From positions 2,784,001 to 2,848,000 of the forward strand of contig OY781945.1 in assembly GCA_963677435.1 (NCBI GenBank): a stretch of 64,000 nucleotides of DNA. The letters are read 5' to 3'. Origin of the DNA: an uncultured Aliarcobacter sp. GTDB taxonomy: Bacteria > Campylobacterota > Campylobacteria > Campylobacterales > Arcobacteraceae. This document shows positions 19,476 to 29,961 of this stretch, in pieces (positions within the stretch are counted from its first letter, which is position 1; each line of letters begins with the position of its first letter). The notes beneath the pieces were generated by a model, which had not been told where the DNA came from, searched no databases, and was given only the letters and a program-made list of their open reading frames with translations. A program made the translations under genes and the position numbers.

Positions 19476-20873
19476 TTATAAAGTGGGTTTTATCATATTT
19501 TCTGGTTTTACATAAGAATCAAACTCTTCTTGAGTTAAAATTCCAAGATTAACTGCTTCTTGTTTAAGTGTTGTACCATTTTTATGAGCTGTTTTTGCTA
19601 TAAGTGCTGCTTTTTCATATCCAATATATGGATTTAGCGCAGTTACAAGCATTAGTGAATCATTTAAATATTTATTGATATTTACTAAATTAGGTTCTAT
19701 TCCAACTGCGCAATTATCATTAAATGCAAGCATTGTATCACTTAAAAGTCTAATTGATTGCAAAATATTTAATGCAATTACAGGTTTGAATACATTTAAC
19801 TCAAAATTCCCTTGACTAGCAGCTATTGAAACTGTTGTATTGTTTCCCATAACTTGAACAGCCACCATTGTCATGGCTTCACTTTGAGTTGGATTTACTT
19901 TTCCAGGCATGATTGAACTTCCTGGTTCATTTTCAGGAATATTAAGCTCACCAATTCCACATCTAGGACCTGATGAAAGCCATCTTATATCATTTGCAAT
20001 TTTCATAAGATTTGAAGCAAGTGCTGTTAAAACTCCACTTAAAACTACTTCTGCATCGTGAGCTGTTAGGGCATGAAATTTATTTGGATGAGATTTAAAC
20101 TCATATTTTGTAGCAGTTAAAATATTTAATACATCACTAACCATTGGCGAAAAATTTGGATGAGAATTTAATCCCGTTCCAACAGCAGTTCCACCAATTG
20201 CCAATTCTACAAGATATTTCATACTATCATCTATTTGATTTAAAGCTTTTTCTAACATTTCAACATAAGCAGAAATTTCTTGCCCAAGAGTTAGTGGCGT
20301 TGCATCTTGAAGATGTGTTCTTCCAATTTTTACAATATTTTCAAACTCTTTTGATTTATTTTCAAAAGTTGTTTTTAAAACATTTATTGCAGGAATTAAC
20401 CTTTTTTGAATATCTAAAACAAAAGCAATTCTCATAGCAGTTGGATAAGTATCGTTTGAACTTTGCCCTTTATTTACATCATCATTTGGATGAATAAGTT
20501 TATCAACTCTAAAATCTTTTCCTAAATTTTGCGTTGCTCTTGCTGCTATTACTTCATTTACATTCATATTTGACTGAGTTCCAGAACCCGTTTGCCAGAC
20601 AGCTAAAGGGAATTCATTTGATAATTTTCCTTGAATAATTTCATCACAAGTAACACAAATAGCATCTGTTTTAGTTTTATCTAATCTATTTAATTTATTA
20701 TTTACAATCGCGCATGCTTTTTTTAAATATGCAAAACCTTCAATAATCTCTTTTGGCATTTTTTCATCACCAATTGGGAAATTTTCTAAACTTCTTTGTG
20801 TTTGTGCTCCCCAATATTTATCATTTGGAACTTTTATTTCACCCATTGTATCTTTTTCTATTCTAAAATCCAT
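19476..20873 (-). CDS. fumC: Class II fumarate hydratase
   Basis: [43 protein letters not shown]. Confidence 0.97.
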   Translation of the reverse strand: MDFRIEKDTMGEIKVPNDKYWGAQTQRSLENFPIGDEKMPKEIIEGFAYLKKACAIVNNKLNRLDKTKTDAICVTCDEIIQGKLSNEFPLAVWQTGSGTQSNMNVNEVIAARATQNLGKDFRVDKLIHPNDDVNKGQSSNDTYPTAMRIAFVLDIQKRLIPAINVLKTTFENKSKEFENIVKIGRTHLQDATPLTLGQEISAYVEMLEKALNQIDDSMKYLVELAIGGTAVGTGLNSHPNFSPMVSDVLNILTATKYEFKSHPNKFHALTAHDAEVVLSGVLTALASNLMKIANDIRWLSSGPRCGIGELNIPENEPGSSIMPGKVNPTQSEAMTMVAVQVMGNNTTVSIAASQGNFELNVFKPVIALNILQSIRLLSDTMLAFNDNCAVGIEPNLVNINKYLNDSLMLVTALNPYIGYEKAALIAKTAHKNGTTLKQEAVNLGILTQEEFDSYVKPENMIKPTL

Positions 20874-20888
20874 TTTTTTTCCTATTAT

Positions 20889-20903
20889 TGATATAGATTA
20901 TCA
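20889..20903. promoter_or_regulatory. Fur-box-like site upstream of fumC
   Basis: TGATATA-G-ATTATCA. Confidence 0.6.
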
Positions 20904-20920
20904 TTATTATATATATTATC

Positions 20921-21346
20921 TTAATTGTTATTTAATTTTTTAAATTTCTTTACTTTTTGTGAATATATTACTAAAGATATGAAAAAAATAAAAGAACAAA
21001 AAAAGATAAAAAAATTTTTATAATTAGAAGATTTATTATAAAGTAAATTATCACCAATTTTTGCAACAATATAAAAACTCTGGAGAGGAATAGTTATAGT
21101 TTGATTATCTTTTGATAATAAAAATTCCATTAAAACTTGATTATCTTTGATTGAGATGATTTTTATTTGATTTGAAAATTTTTCTTTATTTGTTTTAGGT
21201 TCTAAAACTTCAATTTTGATATTTTTCTCATCAATTATTGATATATTTAATTTTGAAGTCTCCTTTTGATGAGAAAAACAATAAACTGAAAGAATTAAAT
21301 TTATTAGAAATATCTTTTTTAACATTTTAAGTCCTTGTATAATCAA
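20921..21346 (-). CDS. Exported hypothetical protein with C-terminal TM (positional counterpart of 9847-10338)
   Basis: Signal-like N-terminus (likely start 21325, MLKK), His after the predicted cleavage site, C-terminal TM. Confidence 0.65.
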   Translation of the reverse strand: MIIQGLKMLKKIFLINLILSVYCFSHQKETSKLNISIIDEKNIKIEVLEPKTNKEKFSNQIKIISIKDNQVLMEFLLSKDNQTITIPLQSFYIVAKIGDNLLYNKSSNYKNFFIFFCSFIFFISLVIYSQKVKKFKKLNNN

Positions 21347-22871
21347 AGTTAGATAAAAAATTTAAATCTATTTTCTTTGAAATAATAAATAAAATTAAAG
21401 AAACTGAAATCAAAACTAAATCTACATAAAATACTACATCTATATTTTTTATAAAGCTATTCCAAATAAAAATATTTGTTTGAAATCCATGTATAAAAAC
21501 TGAAAAGAAAAAGAAGAAACTACTTAGATATAAATTTATCTTTATTATTTTTGAAATTTTATTTTCCCAAAAACTGTATAAAAGTAATAAAAGAAATAAA
21601 CTATAAAACATACCTTTCATTATTAAATCTTTTTCAAGAAAACTATTTAGTATTAAATAATGAATAAAAAACAGAAATGCACTACAAGTAATTGAGCCAA
21701 AAATTATTGTTAAAATTATTCTATTTAAAAAATTTACCCATGTGAGATCTACAATATTATGTAACTTCTTTTGTGCCCAAATTATGTAACCAAATGACAA
21801 TGACATACAAAGAACCAGACCTAAAATAAAAAATACAATTCTTATTAAAACTGTTTCATCTGGTAAAAAATGTAAAAAATAAAACGCTGATAAAGTTTTT
21901 TTAATTCCATGAGTTTCATCTAAGTTTGTCTTAGAAAGTATTTTTCCATTAATACTATTTAATATAATATTTATTCGATTAACATTTCCAGTTATTGCCC
22001 TATTATTATGTAAATATCCACTAAAAATAGTTTGAGAATTATCTTTTTTATAATTAAAAATATTTATATTTGTAATCACCAAATTTTCATAATTTATTTT
22101 CGCAAAAGCTTGTAATTGAGAAAGCTTTAAAGGTTCAATTATATTTTCACTACTTTTTAATAAATCATTTTGTTTAAAAATAATTGGTGCAACTACTTTT
22201 CTAAGATTTGTTTCTTTATTATCTGTTGCACTTAATACAAATGGTTTAGAATTAAATAGCATAAAACCAATAAAGGAACCTGTTAATGCAAATATTAATA
22301 AAAAAGGAATTATTACTAAACCTAAGTTTTTATGCCATTTAATCCAAAATCTTTTATCTGATTTTTTTTCTTCTTTTATTTTCTTTTTATTAAATATAAA
22401 AAGTAAAAGTGCACTAAAAATTAAAAACAAAACACCAATTGAAGCCAAACCCATCAAAACTTGTCCAATAACTGGAATGTTTTCTCCAAAATGAAGTTCA
22501 TTAAAAAACTCACTTACATTTGTATATTCATAAAAAGTATCTAATTCTTCATTTGTATTTGGATTTAAATATATTGAAGATTGATCTTTTGTTGAAATTT
22601 TTATTCTAGGGTCTTTAAAACTTGGAGGAATTATTTCAATATTTTTATCATCTAATTTATATTTATTTATTATTTCATCCAATTTATCATCAATATTAAA
22701 TCCATAATCAACTGTTTTTTGTATATGTTTAGAAGGAAGTTCCCAATAACTAACATAAGGTAAAAAAAATGTCAAACTGCCAAAGTAAGAACTAATATAA
22801 AAAAGAAATATACAAAATAATCCTACAATTGTATGAGCGCGCAAAAGAAATTTTATATTTAACTTTTCCAT
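21327..22871 (-). CDS. PepSY-associated TM helix domain protein
   Basis: RAHTIVG, ELHFG, KWHKNLG, FLHF; paralogue of 10351-11928. Confidence 0.88.
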   Translation of the reverse strand: MEKLNIKFLLRAHTIVGLFCIFLFYISSYFGSLTFFLPYVSYWELPSKHIQKTVDYGFNIDDKLDEIINKYKLDDKNIEIIPPSFKDPRIKISTKDQSSIYLNPNTNEELDTFYEYTNVSEFFNELHFGENIPVIGQVLMGLASIGVLFLIFSALLLFIFNKKKIKEEKKSDKRFWIKWHKNLGLVIIPFLLIFALTGSFIGFMLFNSKPFVLSATDNKETNLRKVVAPIIFKQNDLLKSSENIIEPLKLSQLQAFAKINYENLVITNINIFNYKKDNSQTIFSGYLHNNRAITGNVNRINIILNSINGKILSKTNLDETHGIKKTLSAFYFLHFLPDETVLIRIVFFILGLVLCMSLSFGYIIWAQKKLHNIVDLTWVNFLNRIILTIIFGSITCSAFLFFIHYLILNSFLEKDLIMKGMFYSLFLLLLLYSFWENKISKIIKINLYLSSFFFFFSVFIHGFQTNIFIWNSFIKNIDVVFYVDLVLISVSLILFIISKKIDLNFLSNFDYTRT

Positions 22872-23170
22872 TAAATAATTCCTTTTAAAAATACAATTAT
22901 TAGATAAATAATTATTAGGTATAAAATCTTTTTTATGATTTCGAAATATGTTTTACTAAAAAGTAACCAAGTAGCTATTAAAGTAATTAGTATAGGTGTT
23001 ATTATCATTGGAGGAATAGTTTTATAAGCAAAATCTGCAAAAATTATTGAAGAAATCAAAGACATTATTAGAAAACTACTGATAAAACTGCCTATACAGG
23101 AAATAAGTCCATGAACCCAACCAATTTTGGTTTTGGGTTCATTTAAAAAAGAGTAGAACATTCTTTTCAT
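22871..23170 (-). CDS. Small three-TM membrane protein
   Basis: Similar size, topology and position to 11937-12242 (KIG...). Confidence 0.7.
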   Translation of the reverse strand: MKRMFYSFLNEPKTKIGWVHGLISCIGSFISSFLIMSLISSIIFADFAYKTIPPMIITPILITLIATWLLFSKTYFEIIKKILYLIIIYLIIVFLKGII

Positions 23171-23180
23171 TTTTTTTCTT

Positions 23181-25157
23181 TTAGAATTTATAAGCCAAAG
23201 TTACTTTATAACTTCTTCCTGGTTCATAGTCACCTAAAAATATTCCTCTTGAGTAATCATTTCTTGAAGTATGAGCTATGTATTCTTTATCAAAGATATT
23301 ATCAATTCCTGCGATAACTGATAAATTTTTATTGATTTCTGGTATATATTTTATTGAAGCATCATGTACTCCATATCCTGCTTTTTCTAAAGAATCAACT
23401 CCTTCTCCACTTCCTTTTACAAAAATAGAGTTCCAAGAAACATCTACAAAAGGAGTTATTTTATAATCAACTCCTACTGTAATCTTGTCACCTTGTTCAT
23501 AATTTGATGCTTTTTGTGTTGCTGAAAACTCTGTATCAGATTTTGATAAAGCAATCAATGTTGAAACATCCCCTTTTATAAATTTAAAACTTGCTTCAAA
23601 ACCTTTAAGCTCTAAATCTCCATTGTTAAAAATAATAGGAGTACTACCATCCCAAGCTTGAATAACATCTTTTATATCTGTTCTGAAGTATTTAAATGAA
23701 AAACCTACTTTATCAGCATTTAAAACATTATCATTTATATAAGTAAATCCAACTTCTTTATTTAGTCCTGTTTCTGCTTTTAAATCTCCACTTTCTGTCA
23801 TAACTGTTCTATCAGAAGCTAAAACATCTACCATTGGAACACCTTTATAAAGAGTTGTTCCACTTGCTTGTAATGTAATAGTTTCACTTAAAGCATACTC
23901 TCCAGCTAAACCATAAGTTAATTCATTATCATTAATATTTCCATATGAACTATCTAATTTATAGTTTGTATATCTAACTCCTGGAGTTATAATTAAACCA
24001 TTATTAAAATCAATTGCATCTTCAACAAAAATTGCTGTTTCTGTTGCTTCTTCATCTTTTCCATATTTAGATCCATTCCAAGTAACTTTACTTGTTTGCT
24101 CATCATATGTAAGTCCATAAGTAAAAGTATTTAGAGTTGTTAATACATCAATATTAGATTGAGCTTTTGTATTAAGTCCTACTGTTTTTACTTCACCTTT
24201 TAGTGTACCTATAAAATCAGGTCGTGGGCTTCTAGCACCTCCTACCCAATTTTCATCTCTTTCTAGTTCATTTTCATTTGAGTATACTGTCGTATCTAGA
24301 ACTAATTTATCTCCTAAATTTAACTCATGTTTTAAAGTTATAGTTTCTCTTGTATATTCTGTATCAAAAGTTTTTCCAGCTCCTGTTAAAGCAGCATTTG
24401 CATTTGAACCCATGTCTGGTCTTGGGAAATAATCTCCTTCGTCTGTTAAAGTATCATAAGAGAGTGAAATTCTTTGGGTATCATTTAAGTTATATCCTAA
24501 TTTAACTAAAGTATTTTGAATATTTCCATCTGAACCAAAACTCTTTTTACCTTCTCCATCTTTCCAATTATTTTTATCTAAATAGTTATGATAAACTAAA
24601 AAATCAATATCATTTGATACTTTTCCATATCCTGTTAATGAACCACCTAAACTATTATTTGAATTATAAGTTGAAGAGACCCTTGCTCCAAAGTCTTTTC
24701 CTTTATCAAGCATATCTTTCCCATCTTTTGTTTCAAAAGCAACAGAACCACCTAAACTTCCACTTACAACAGAATTTGTTCCAACTTGAATATCAGCTTT
24801 TTTTAAAATATCTGGATTTATAAGTAAATTCCCAATATGATGGAACATATTTACATTTTGAATTTTCGCACCATCAAGAGTAATACTTAAATCTTCATCT
24901 TGTAAACCTCGCATGTTAATTCTATTATTGATTGAATGACTTCCCCCAACTTCAACTCCAGGTAAATCTCTTAATAAGTCACTTAAATGATCTGCTTGTT
25001 TTGTTTCAATCGCATTTTCACCTAAATTTAAAGATGAACTTATAACTTGAGTTTCCCAAACTGTAACATCTTCAATTTCTGTTGTTTCTTGGGCATTTAA
25101 ATTATTTGCCATTAAAACTAATGCAGTTAATGAACTTAATAATATTTTTTGTTTCAT
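23181..25157 (-). CDS. TonB-dependent receptor (FrpB/FetA-like)
   Basis: QADHLSDLLRDLPGVEVGG, MFHHIGNLLINPDILK, GGSVAFETKD, YEPGRSYKVTLAYKF. Confidence 0.9.
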   Translation of the reverse strand: MKQKILLSSLTALVLMANNLNAQETTEIEDVTVWETQVISSSLNLGENAIETKQADHLSDLLRDLPGVEVGGSHSINNRINMRGLQDEDLSITLDGAKIQNVNMFHHIGNLLINPDILKKADIQVGTNSVVSGSLGGSVAFETKDGKDMLDKGKDFGARVSSTYNSNNSLGGSLTGYGKVSNDIDFLVYHNYLDKNNWKDGEGKKSFGSDGNIQNTLVKLGYNLNDTQRISLSYDTLTDEGDYFPRPDMGSNANAALTGAGKTFDTEYTRETITLKHELNLGDKLVLDTTVYSNENELERDENWVGGARSPRPDFIGTLKGEVKTVGLNTKAQSNIDVLTTLNTFTYGLTYDEQTSKVTWNGSKYGKDEEATETAIFVEDAIDFNNGLIITPGVRYTNYKLDSSYGNINDNELTYGLAGEYALSETITLQASGTTLYKGVPMVDVLASDRTVMTESGDLKAETGLNKEVGFTYINDNVLNADKVGFSFKYFRTDIKDVIQAWDGSTPIIFNNGDLELKGFEASFKFIKGDVSTLIALSKSDTEFSATQKASNYEQGDKITVGVDYKITPFVDVSWNSIFVKGSGEGVDSLEKAGYGVHDASIKYIPEINKNLSVIAGIDNIFDKEYIAHTSRNDYSRGIFLGDYEPGRSYKVTLAYKF

Positions 25158-25177
25158 TGCTTAATCCTATTTTAAAT

Positions 25178-25192
25178 TGATATTGAGTATCA
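25178..25192. promoter_or_regulatory. Fur-box-like site
   Basis: TGATATT-G-AGTATCA between the divergent TBDR and RR. Confidence 0.6.
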
Positions 25193-25231
25193 TAACTAAT
25201 ACTAATCACAATAAAATCACAAAGGAACATT

Positions 25232-25945
25232 TTGTCAAAAAATAATTTGAAAGATATCTCAATTTTAATTATTGAAGACGAAGCAGTTTTAGCATTAGGA
25301 TTAAAATTTACCTTGAAAAATTTCGGATATAGTGTTTCTGGAATTGAGAATTCCATGAGTGGAACAATAAATCATCTAAATAGTTCTATTCCAGATTTAG
25401 CATTAGTTGATATAAAATTAAAAAATTCTTCTTGTGGTATTGAAATTGCGAAATTTTTATGGCAAACAAGAAAAATACCAATTATTTTTCTAACTTCGTA
25501 TTCAGATGAAAAAACTATAGAAAAAACTTTATCTTGCGAACCTTATGGATATTTGATTAAACCATGCAAAGATCAAGAATTACATACAACAATACAAACA
25601 AGTCTAAATAAACATAACTATTTCTTTAAAAATAAAGAAATTTTTGTAAACAATGATGATTTTGTATTTTTAGAAAATAATTTTAAATTTCATAAAGGGA
25701 AATCTATTCTTTATAAAAATAATGAACCTTTAAAATTAACAGGAAATGAAATAAAGTTAATTGAATTACTAAGTGACTATCAAAAAGAAGTAGTCTCATT
25801 TGAACGAATAAGTAGTTATATTTGGAGAGAGAATTTATATGATTTAGGTAAATTAAGAACTTTAATTTACAGATTAAAACAAAAAATAGGATTTGAAATT
25901 ATTGAAAATATTTTTGAATCTGGTTATAAATTAAAAGTTAAATAA
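25232..25945 (+). CDS. Response regulator (REC plus winged helix), paralogue of 2722-3462
   Basis: IIEDEAVLA, DLALVDI, EPYGYLIKPC, YDLGKLRTLIYRLK. Confidence 0.9.
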   Translation: MSKNNLKDISILIIEDEAVLALGLKFTLKNFGYSVSGIENSMSGTINHLNSSIPDLALVDIKLKNSSCGIEIAKFLWQTRKIPIIFLTSYSDEKTIEKTLSCEPYGYLIKPCKDQELHTTIQTSLNKHNYFFKNKEIFVNNDDFVFLENNFKFHKGKSILYKNNEPLKLTGNEIKLIELLSDYQKEVVSFERISSYIWRENLYDLGKLRTLIYRLKQKIGFEIIENIFESGYKLKVK

Positions 25946-25947
25946 AC

Positions 25948-27771
25948 TTGGCAAATTATAAAAATATTCCCATAAGCTTAAAAATTGGTTTAACTTTTTT
26001 TTCATTGGCTTTAGTATTATTGGCAATTTTATTTATTCTATTAATCCCTCGAATTGAAAAAGAACAATATAATAATGCTATTTTACAAACTGAAAAAATG
26101 GTACTTTTAACAAAATACCAAATTACTTTAATTGTAGATTATTTTAAAGAATACGGATCTTTTGAAAAAAACGAATCAAAACAAGAGATAATAAACTTAA
26201 TTGATAAAATAAAACTCTATATAAAACTTGATAAGAATTACACTGAAAAAAAATTTGAAAAAGATTTAAAAAATATAAATAAAAACTTCAACTGCAAAAT
26301 TGATTTATTCGAAAATAATAAAAATATTTTATCTTTAACACATGATAAAGTGAAAGAAGAATTTAATTTTAAAAATATTTCATATAACAAATGGATTAAT
26401 ATAGATAATTCAAAAACGCTTTGCCCTCATTCAACTTATTATGCATTTAAAACTAAAATAAAAAATCAAGAAATAAGGCTTTCTTGTAGTTCAAATTTTG
26501 TAAATAATTATAAAAATATTGAGCAAGATGTAAAAAAAATCGTTCAAGAAGGGTTTTCATTAACTGAAAATATTCACAAAGGTAAAATTTATATGATGTG
26601 GATAAACAATGACTTGCAAGGAGAAGAATTATATAAATCCCTTGATACAATAGATAATGAAAATAATAAAAACTTTTGTGTGAGTAAAATTTCAAATTAT
26701 AGATTACCAAAAAGTGGAGAATTAACTATAAAAGATATTTTAGATGTTGAAAACACAAAAAATATAAAACATCAAATTGATGATAAAACTACATTAACTT
26801 GGATTAGTAAAATTTATAAAAAAGATAATCAAAGCTTTGTTTTTATTTTGAGTGCCTTTGAAGATGATTTTAAAAATAATATAAATAGCCCAATAATAAC
26901 AATATTACCAATATCAATTTTAGCCCTATTAATTTCAATTATATTTGGTTATTTTCTTCTTAAAAAATGGATAAAAAATATAGATATATTATCAAATACC
27001 GCAAAACAAATTTGTTTGGGAAAACTAAATTTAAGAAGCGAAGTAAAAGGAAATGATGATATTGGAATACTGGGAGTAGCTTTTGATTCAATGCTTGATA
27101 AGCTTGAAGATAATATAAAAAATTTAGATTCAGAAGTAGAAAACAGAACTATTGAACTTTCAAACTCATTAAAATCTAAAGAAATACTTTTAAAAGAAAT
27201 CCACCATAGAGTAAAAAATAATCTTGCATTAACTATCAATTTAATTAAACTACAAAAATTCAAAATAGAAGACTTGAATACAAGAAATGCCCTTTCTAAT
27301 ATTGAAAATAGAATATATACAATGGCTTTACTTCATACAAAATTATATGAATCGCAAAATATTGACTCAATAAATTTTAAGAATTATGTGGAACAATTAA
27401 TTGATGATATAAAATCAACTTTTGAAGATAATCATGAAATTGAAATCCTATTAGAAGTAGATGAAATTTTTTTAAATATAGATTATGCCTTGCCTTGTGG
27501 ATTAATAATAAATGAAGCTTTAACAAATTGTTTTAAATATGCTTTTCCTAATAAAAAAGGTTTTATTTCATTAAAGTTTAAATTCTTAAATAACAAATGT
27601 ATTTTAGAAATAATTGATAATGGGATTGGTTTAGAAAAAGATTTTCAAATAGAAGAAACAGATACTCTTGGATTAAATTTAATTAATTCAATAGCAACTA
27701 TTCAACTAAATGGAAAGCTAAATATTGTTAATTTAGAAGGAACGCAGTTATCTATTACTTTTAATTTATAA
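25948..27771 (+). CDS. HisKA_2 sensor histidine kinase with HAMP, paralogue of 3449-5302
   Basis: KGNDDIGILG, EIHHRVKNNLALT, NEALTNCFKYAF, DNGIG. Confidence 0.92.
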   Translation: MANYKNIPISLKIGLTFFSLALVLLAILFILLIPRIEKEQYNNAILQTEKMVLLTKYQITLIVDYFKEYGSFEKNESKQEIINLIDKIKLYIKLDKNYTEKKFEKDLKNINKNFNCKIDLFENNKNILSLTHDKVKEEFNFKNISYNKWINIDNSKTLCPHSTYYAFKTKIKNQEIRLSCSSNFVNNYKNIEQDVKKIVQEGFSLTENIHKGKIYMMWINNDLQGEELYKSLDTIDNENNKNFCVSKISNYRLPKSGELTIKDILDVENTKNIKHQIDDKTTLTWISKIYKKDNQSFVFILSAFEDDFKNNINSPIITILPISILALLISIIFGYFLLKKWIKNIDILSNTAKQICLGKLNLRSEVKGNDDIGILGVAFDSMLDKLEDNIKNLDSEVENRTIELSNSLKSKEILLKEIHHRVKNNLALTINLIKLQKFKIEDLNTRNALSNIENRIYTMALLHTKLYESQNIDSINFKNYVEQLIDDIKSTFEDNHEIEILLEVDEIFLNIDYALPCGLIINEALTNCFKYAFPNKKGFISLKFKFLNNKCILEIIDNGIGLEKDFQIEETDTLGLNLINSIATIQLNGKLNIVNLEGTQLSITFNL

Positions 27772-28158
27772 TTTTATATTTCTACTTAAAAAAGATACCA
27801 TATCTTTATTTACTAAACTTAGTGCACTTTTTTCTACTCTTTCATTTTTACTAAATTTTATTAGAGTATTTGTATAGTGTTCAATTTTATCACTTAATTT
27901 TCTATCATTGATTAATAATACAATTTTTGCAGATGTTTTTTTAATCTCTCTTAATTGAAGTTCAATATTTGAAGAATCAGTTGATAAAATATCTTCTGTT
28001 AATTTTGAAAATAGTTCTAACTTAGTATTTCTAAGCCATTTATTTTGTTCAATTTTATTATTGATTTTAGAAGAGATTAATGTATCTACTATTTTTGTGG
28101 CAACGGCACCAACCAAAGCACTTTTTGCAACTGCTGTTAAAAGTGTAACATTCAACAT
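27766..28158 (-). CDS. Hypothetical protein with hydrophobic N-terminus
   Basis: 130-aa ORF with AAGGA RBS; divergent from the fez-like operon. Confidence 0.75.
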   Translation of the reverse strand: MLNVTLLTAVAKSALVGAVATKIVDTLISSKINNKIEQNKWLRNTKLELFSKLTEDILSTDSSNIELQLREIKKTSAKIVLLINDRKLSDKIEHYTNTLIKFSKNERVEKSALSLVNKDMVSFLSRNIKL

Positions 28159-28216
28159 AAAAATCCTTTTAATTTTTTTTGATTATATGTATAAAATACT
28201 TAATTTAGATTTAAAA

Positions 28217-28231
28217 TGATAATTACAATCA
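28217..28231. promoter_or_regulatory. Fur-box-like site
   Basis: TGATAAT-T-ACAATCA; further TGATAAT half-site at 28252. Confidence 0.6.
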
Positions 28232-28284
28232 ATATTCTTTAAGATAACTAATGATAATATTCTTTATCAATAAAAGGAGATACT

Positions 28285-28428
28285 TTGAAAGAGTTATTAA
28301 GTCAAAAAGATATTACAAATTCATCGTTATATAAAAGAAATGTTAAAATCCATAACAACTTATGGAAATTATATGGTCTTACTCTTTCATTAGGAATCGT
28401 CTTTATTTTCATAAAAGGCTTAAACTAA
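28285..28428 (+). CDS. Small membrane protein (47 aa), first gene of the operon
   Basis: Not in the track. AAGGAGA RBS, TTG start, MKELLSQKDITNSSLYKRNVKIHNNLWKLYGLTLSLGIVFIFIKGLN*; stop overlaps the fur ATG (TAATG). Confidence 0.7.
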   Translation: MKELLSQKDITNSSLYKRNVKIHNNLWKLYGLTLSLGIVFIFIKGLN

Positions 28429-28880
28429 TGGAAACTACACAAGATATTTCATTTAATATTTTTCTAAAAAATTTTAAAAACAATGTTTCTAAAATAGGTT
28501 TAAAAAATTCAATACAAAAAGATTATATTTTAAAAATTTTATATTTTTCAAAAGACCACTTAACTGCTGAAGAAATTTCAACTAAAATCAAAACAAATTA
28601 CAATGTATCAATAGGAATTGCAACTGTTTATAGAGCAATGAAATTTTTCCATGATATGAAATTAGTAAATCAATTGGACATAGGAGATGGGATAGTAAGA
28701 TATGAACTAAATTTAGCTGAACATCATGACCATTTAATCTGTACTTCTTGTGGGAAAATTATTGAGTTTACAGATGATTTGATTGAATTAAATCAAATTA
28801 AAATTGCAGAAAAAAATAATTTTATATTAAAAGAACATGTTATGAATATTTACGGAACTTGCGAGAGATGCCAAAACTAA
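28428..28880 (+). CDS. Fur-family transcriptional regulator
   Basis: HLTAEEI, IGIATVYR, HHDHLICTSCGKIIEF, CERC. Start placed at 28428 by the TAATG coupling rather than 28362. Confidence 0.93.
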   Translation: METTQDISFNIFLKNFKNNVSKIGLKNSIQKDYILKILYFSKDHLTAEEISTKIKTNYNVSIGIATVYRAMKFFHDMKLVNQLDIGDGIVRYELNLAEHHDHLICTSCGKIIEFTDDLIELNQIKIAEKNNFILKEHVMNIYGTCERCQN

Positions 28881-28957
28881 GTGATAATGAGTTTTAATTT
28901 TTAATAAGTAGAAGTTAAGAAAAACTAAGAAAAAATACTAGTAATGAAAGGATTATT

Positions 28958-29272
28958 TTGATTAGTACAGAAGATATAATAAAAATAGCTAGTTTTTTTT
29001 CAATAATTGCACACACTCCAGGAAGATTAAGAGTTAGGGTAAATCCAAAAATCAAAGATGAAAGTGGAAATATTTCCCTAAGTGATATTGAAAACTTACC
29101 TAATAAAATAGATGGAATAATTAATATAAAAATAAATAAAATTATTGCCTCTGTTACAATTACATATGAACCAACTATTTTTAAACCAAAACATTGGGAA
29201 GATTTAATAAAAAATGAAAATATAGAAGAGTTATCTATATTAATAAATAGACTTGCAAAAGAGGTGGTTTAA
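28958..29272 (+). CDS. HMA2-like small protein (FezC-like)
   Basis: AHTPGRLRVR and ASVTITYEP motifs of the Cys-less HMA-like fold. Confidence 0.75.
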   Translation: MISTEDIIKIASFFSIIAHTPGRLRVRVNPKIKDESGNISLSDIENLPNKIDGIINIKINKIIASVTITYEPTIFKPKHWEDLIKNENIEELSILINRLAKEVV

Positions 29273-29958
29273 TGGAAGAAAATATTGATGAGGCACTATT
29301 AATATCAGCAAGAGTTGATGTTAATAGTCAAATTCCTATTAACTCTCAGATTCTTAGAATTGCTGTTTATGATGAATTTAAAGCTTATGAAACTTATACA
29401 AAAATAATTGAAAAATTTGGGTTAGTACAACCTTTTGTAAATATAAAAGAAGCAGAAGCAATTCATTATGCTGCACTTATAAATTTGATGGAAAAATATG
29501 GTGTTGAAGTTCCTATAAATAATTGGGCTTCAAAAATTGAAATCCCAAATACAATAATAGAATGTTGTGAAATGGGCGTTGCAGCTGAAATAAATAACAT
29601 TGCTATGTACAATAATTTACTTAGTTTTGCTGTAGAGAATGATATAAAAGATACACTTTTTAGACTTCAAGCAGCCTCTTTTAATAATCATTTACCTGCA
29701 TTTAGAAATTGTGTTTTAAGTCATTACACTAATGGAAATAATACAAATATTAATCAAGAAAATATTATGGAAAAATTTGGTGAATATCAAGTTATTTTAG
29801 ATGATATTATGAGTGGAAATGTTGATGAGAGCTCAATCTCAAAAATATTTTCAAAATTAAATCTAAATATGCTCAGTGGTGCTGCTGTTGGTGCTGCTAC
29901 TATTGCACTTTTAAATAATTACCTTTCAAAAAAAACTATTAAAGAAGAAGAGGAGTAA
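29272..29958 (+). CDS. Ferritin-like protein (DUF2202-like) with C-terminal GxxxG helix (FezD-like)
   Basis: DEFKAYETY, EAEAIH, AAEINNIAMY, ASFNNHLPAF ligand pattern; tail SGAAVGAATIALL. Confidence 0.8.
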   Translation: MEENIDEALLISARVDVNSQIPINSQILRIAVYDEFKAYETYTKIIEKFGLVQPFVNIKEAEAIHYAALINLMEKYGVEVPINNWASKIEIPNTIIECCEMGVAAEINNIAMYNNLLSFAVENDIKDTLFRLQAASFNNHLPAFRNCVLSHYTNGNNTNINQENIMEKFGEYQVILDDIMSGNVDESSISKIFSKLNLNMLSGAAVGAATIALLNNYLSKKTIKEEEE

Positions 29959-29961
29959 AAG

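Noticed and set aside
25102..25356. Minus-strand 84-aa ORF across the TBDR/RR spacer
   Set aside because: Overlaps both real genes and the Fur box; no motif support.
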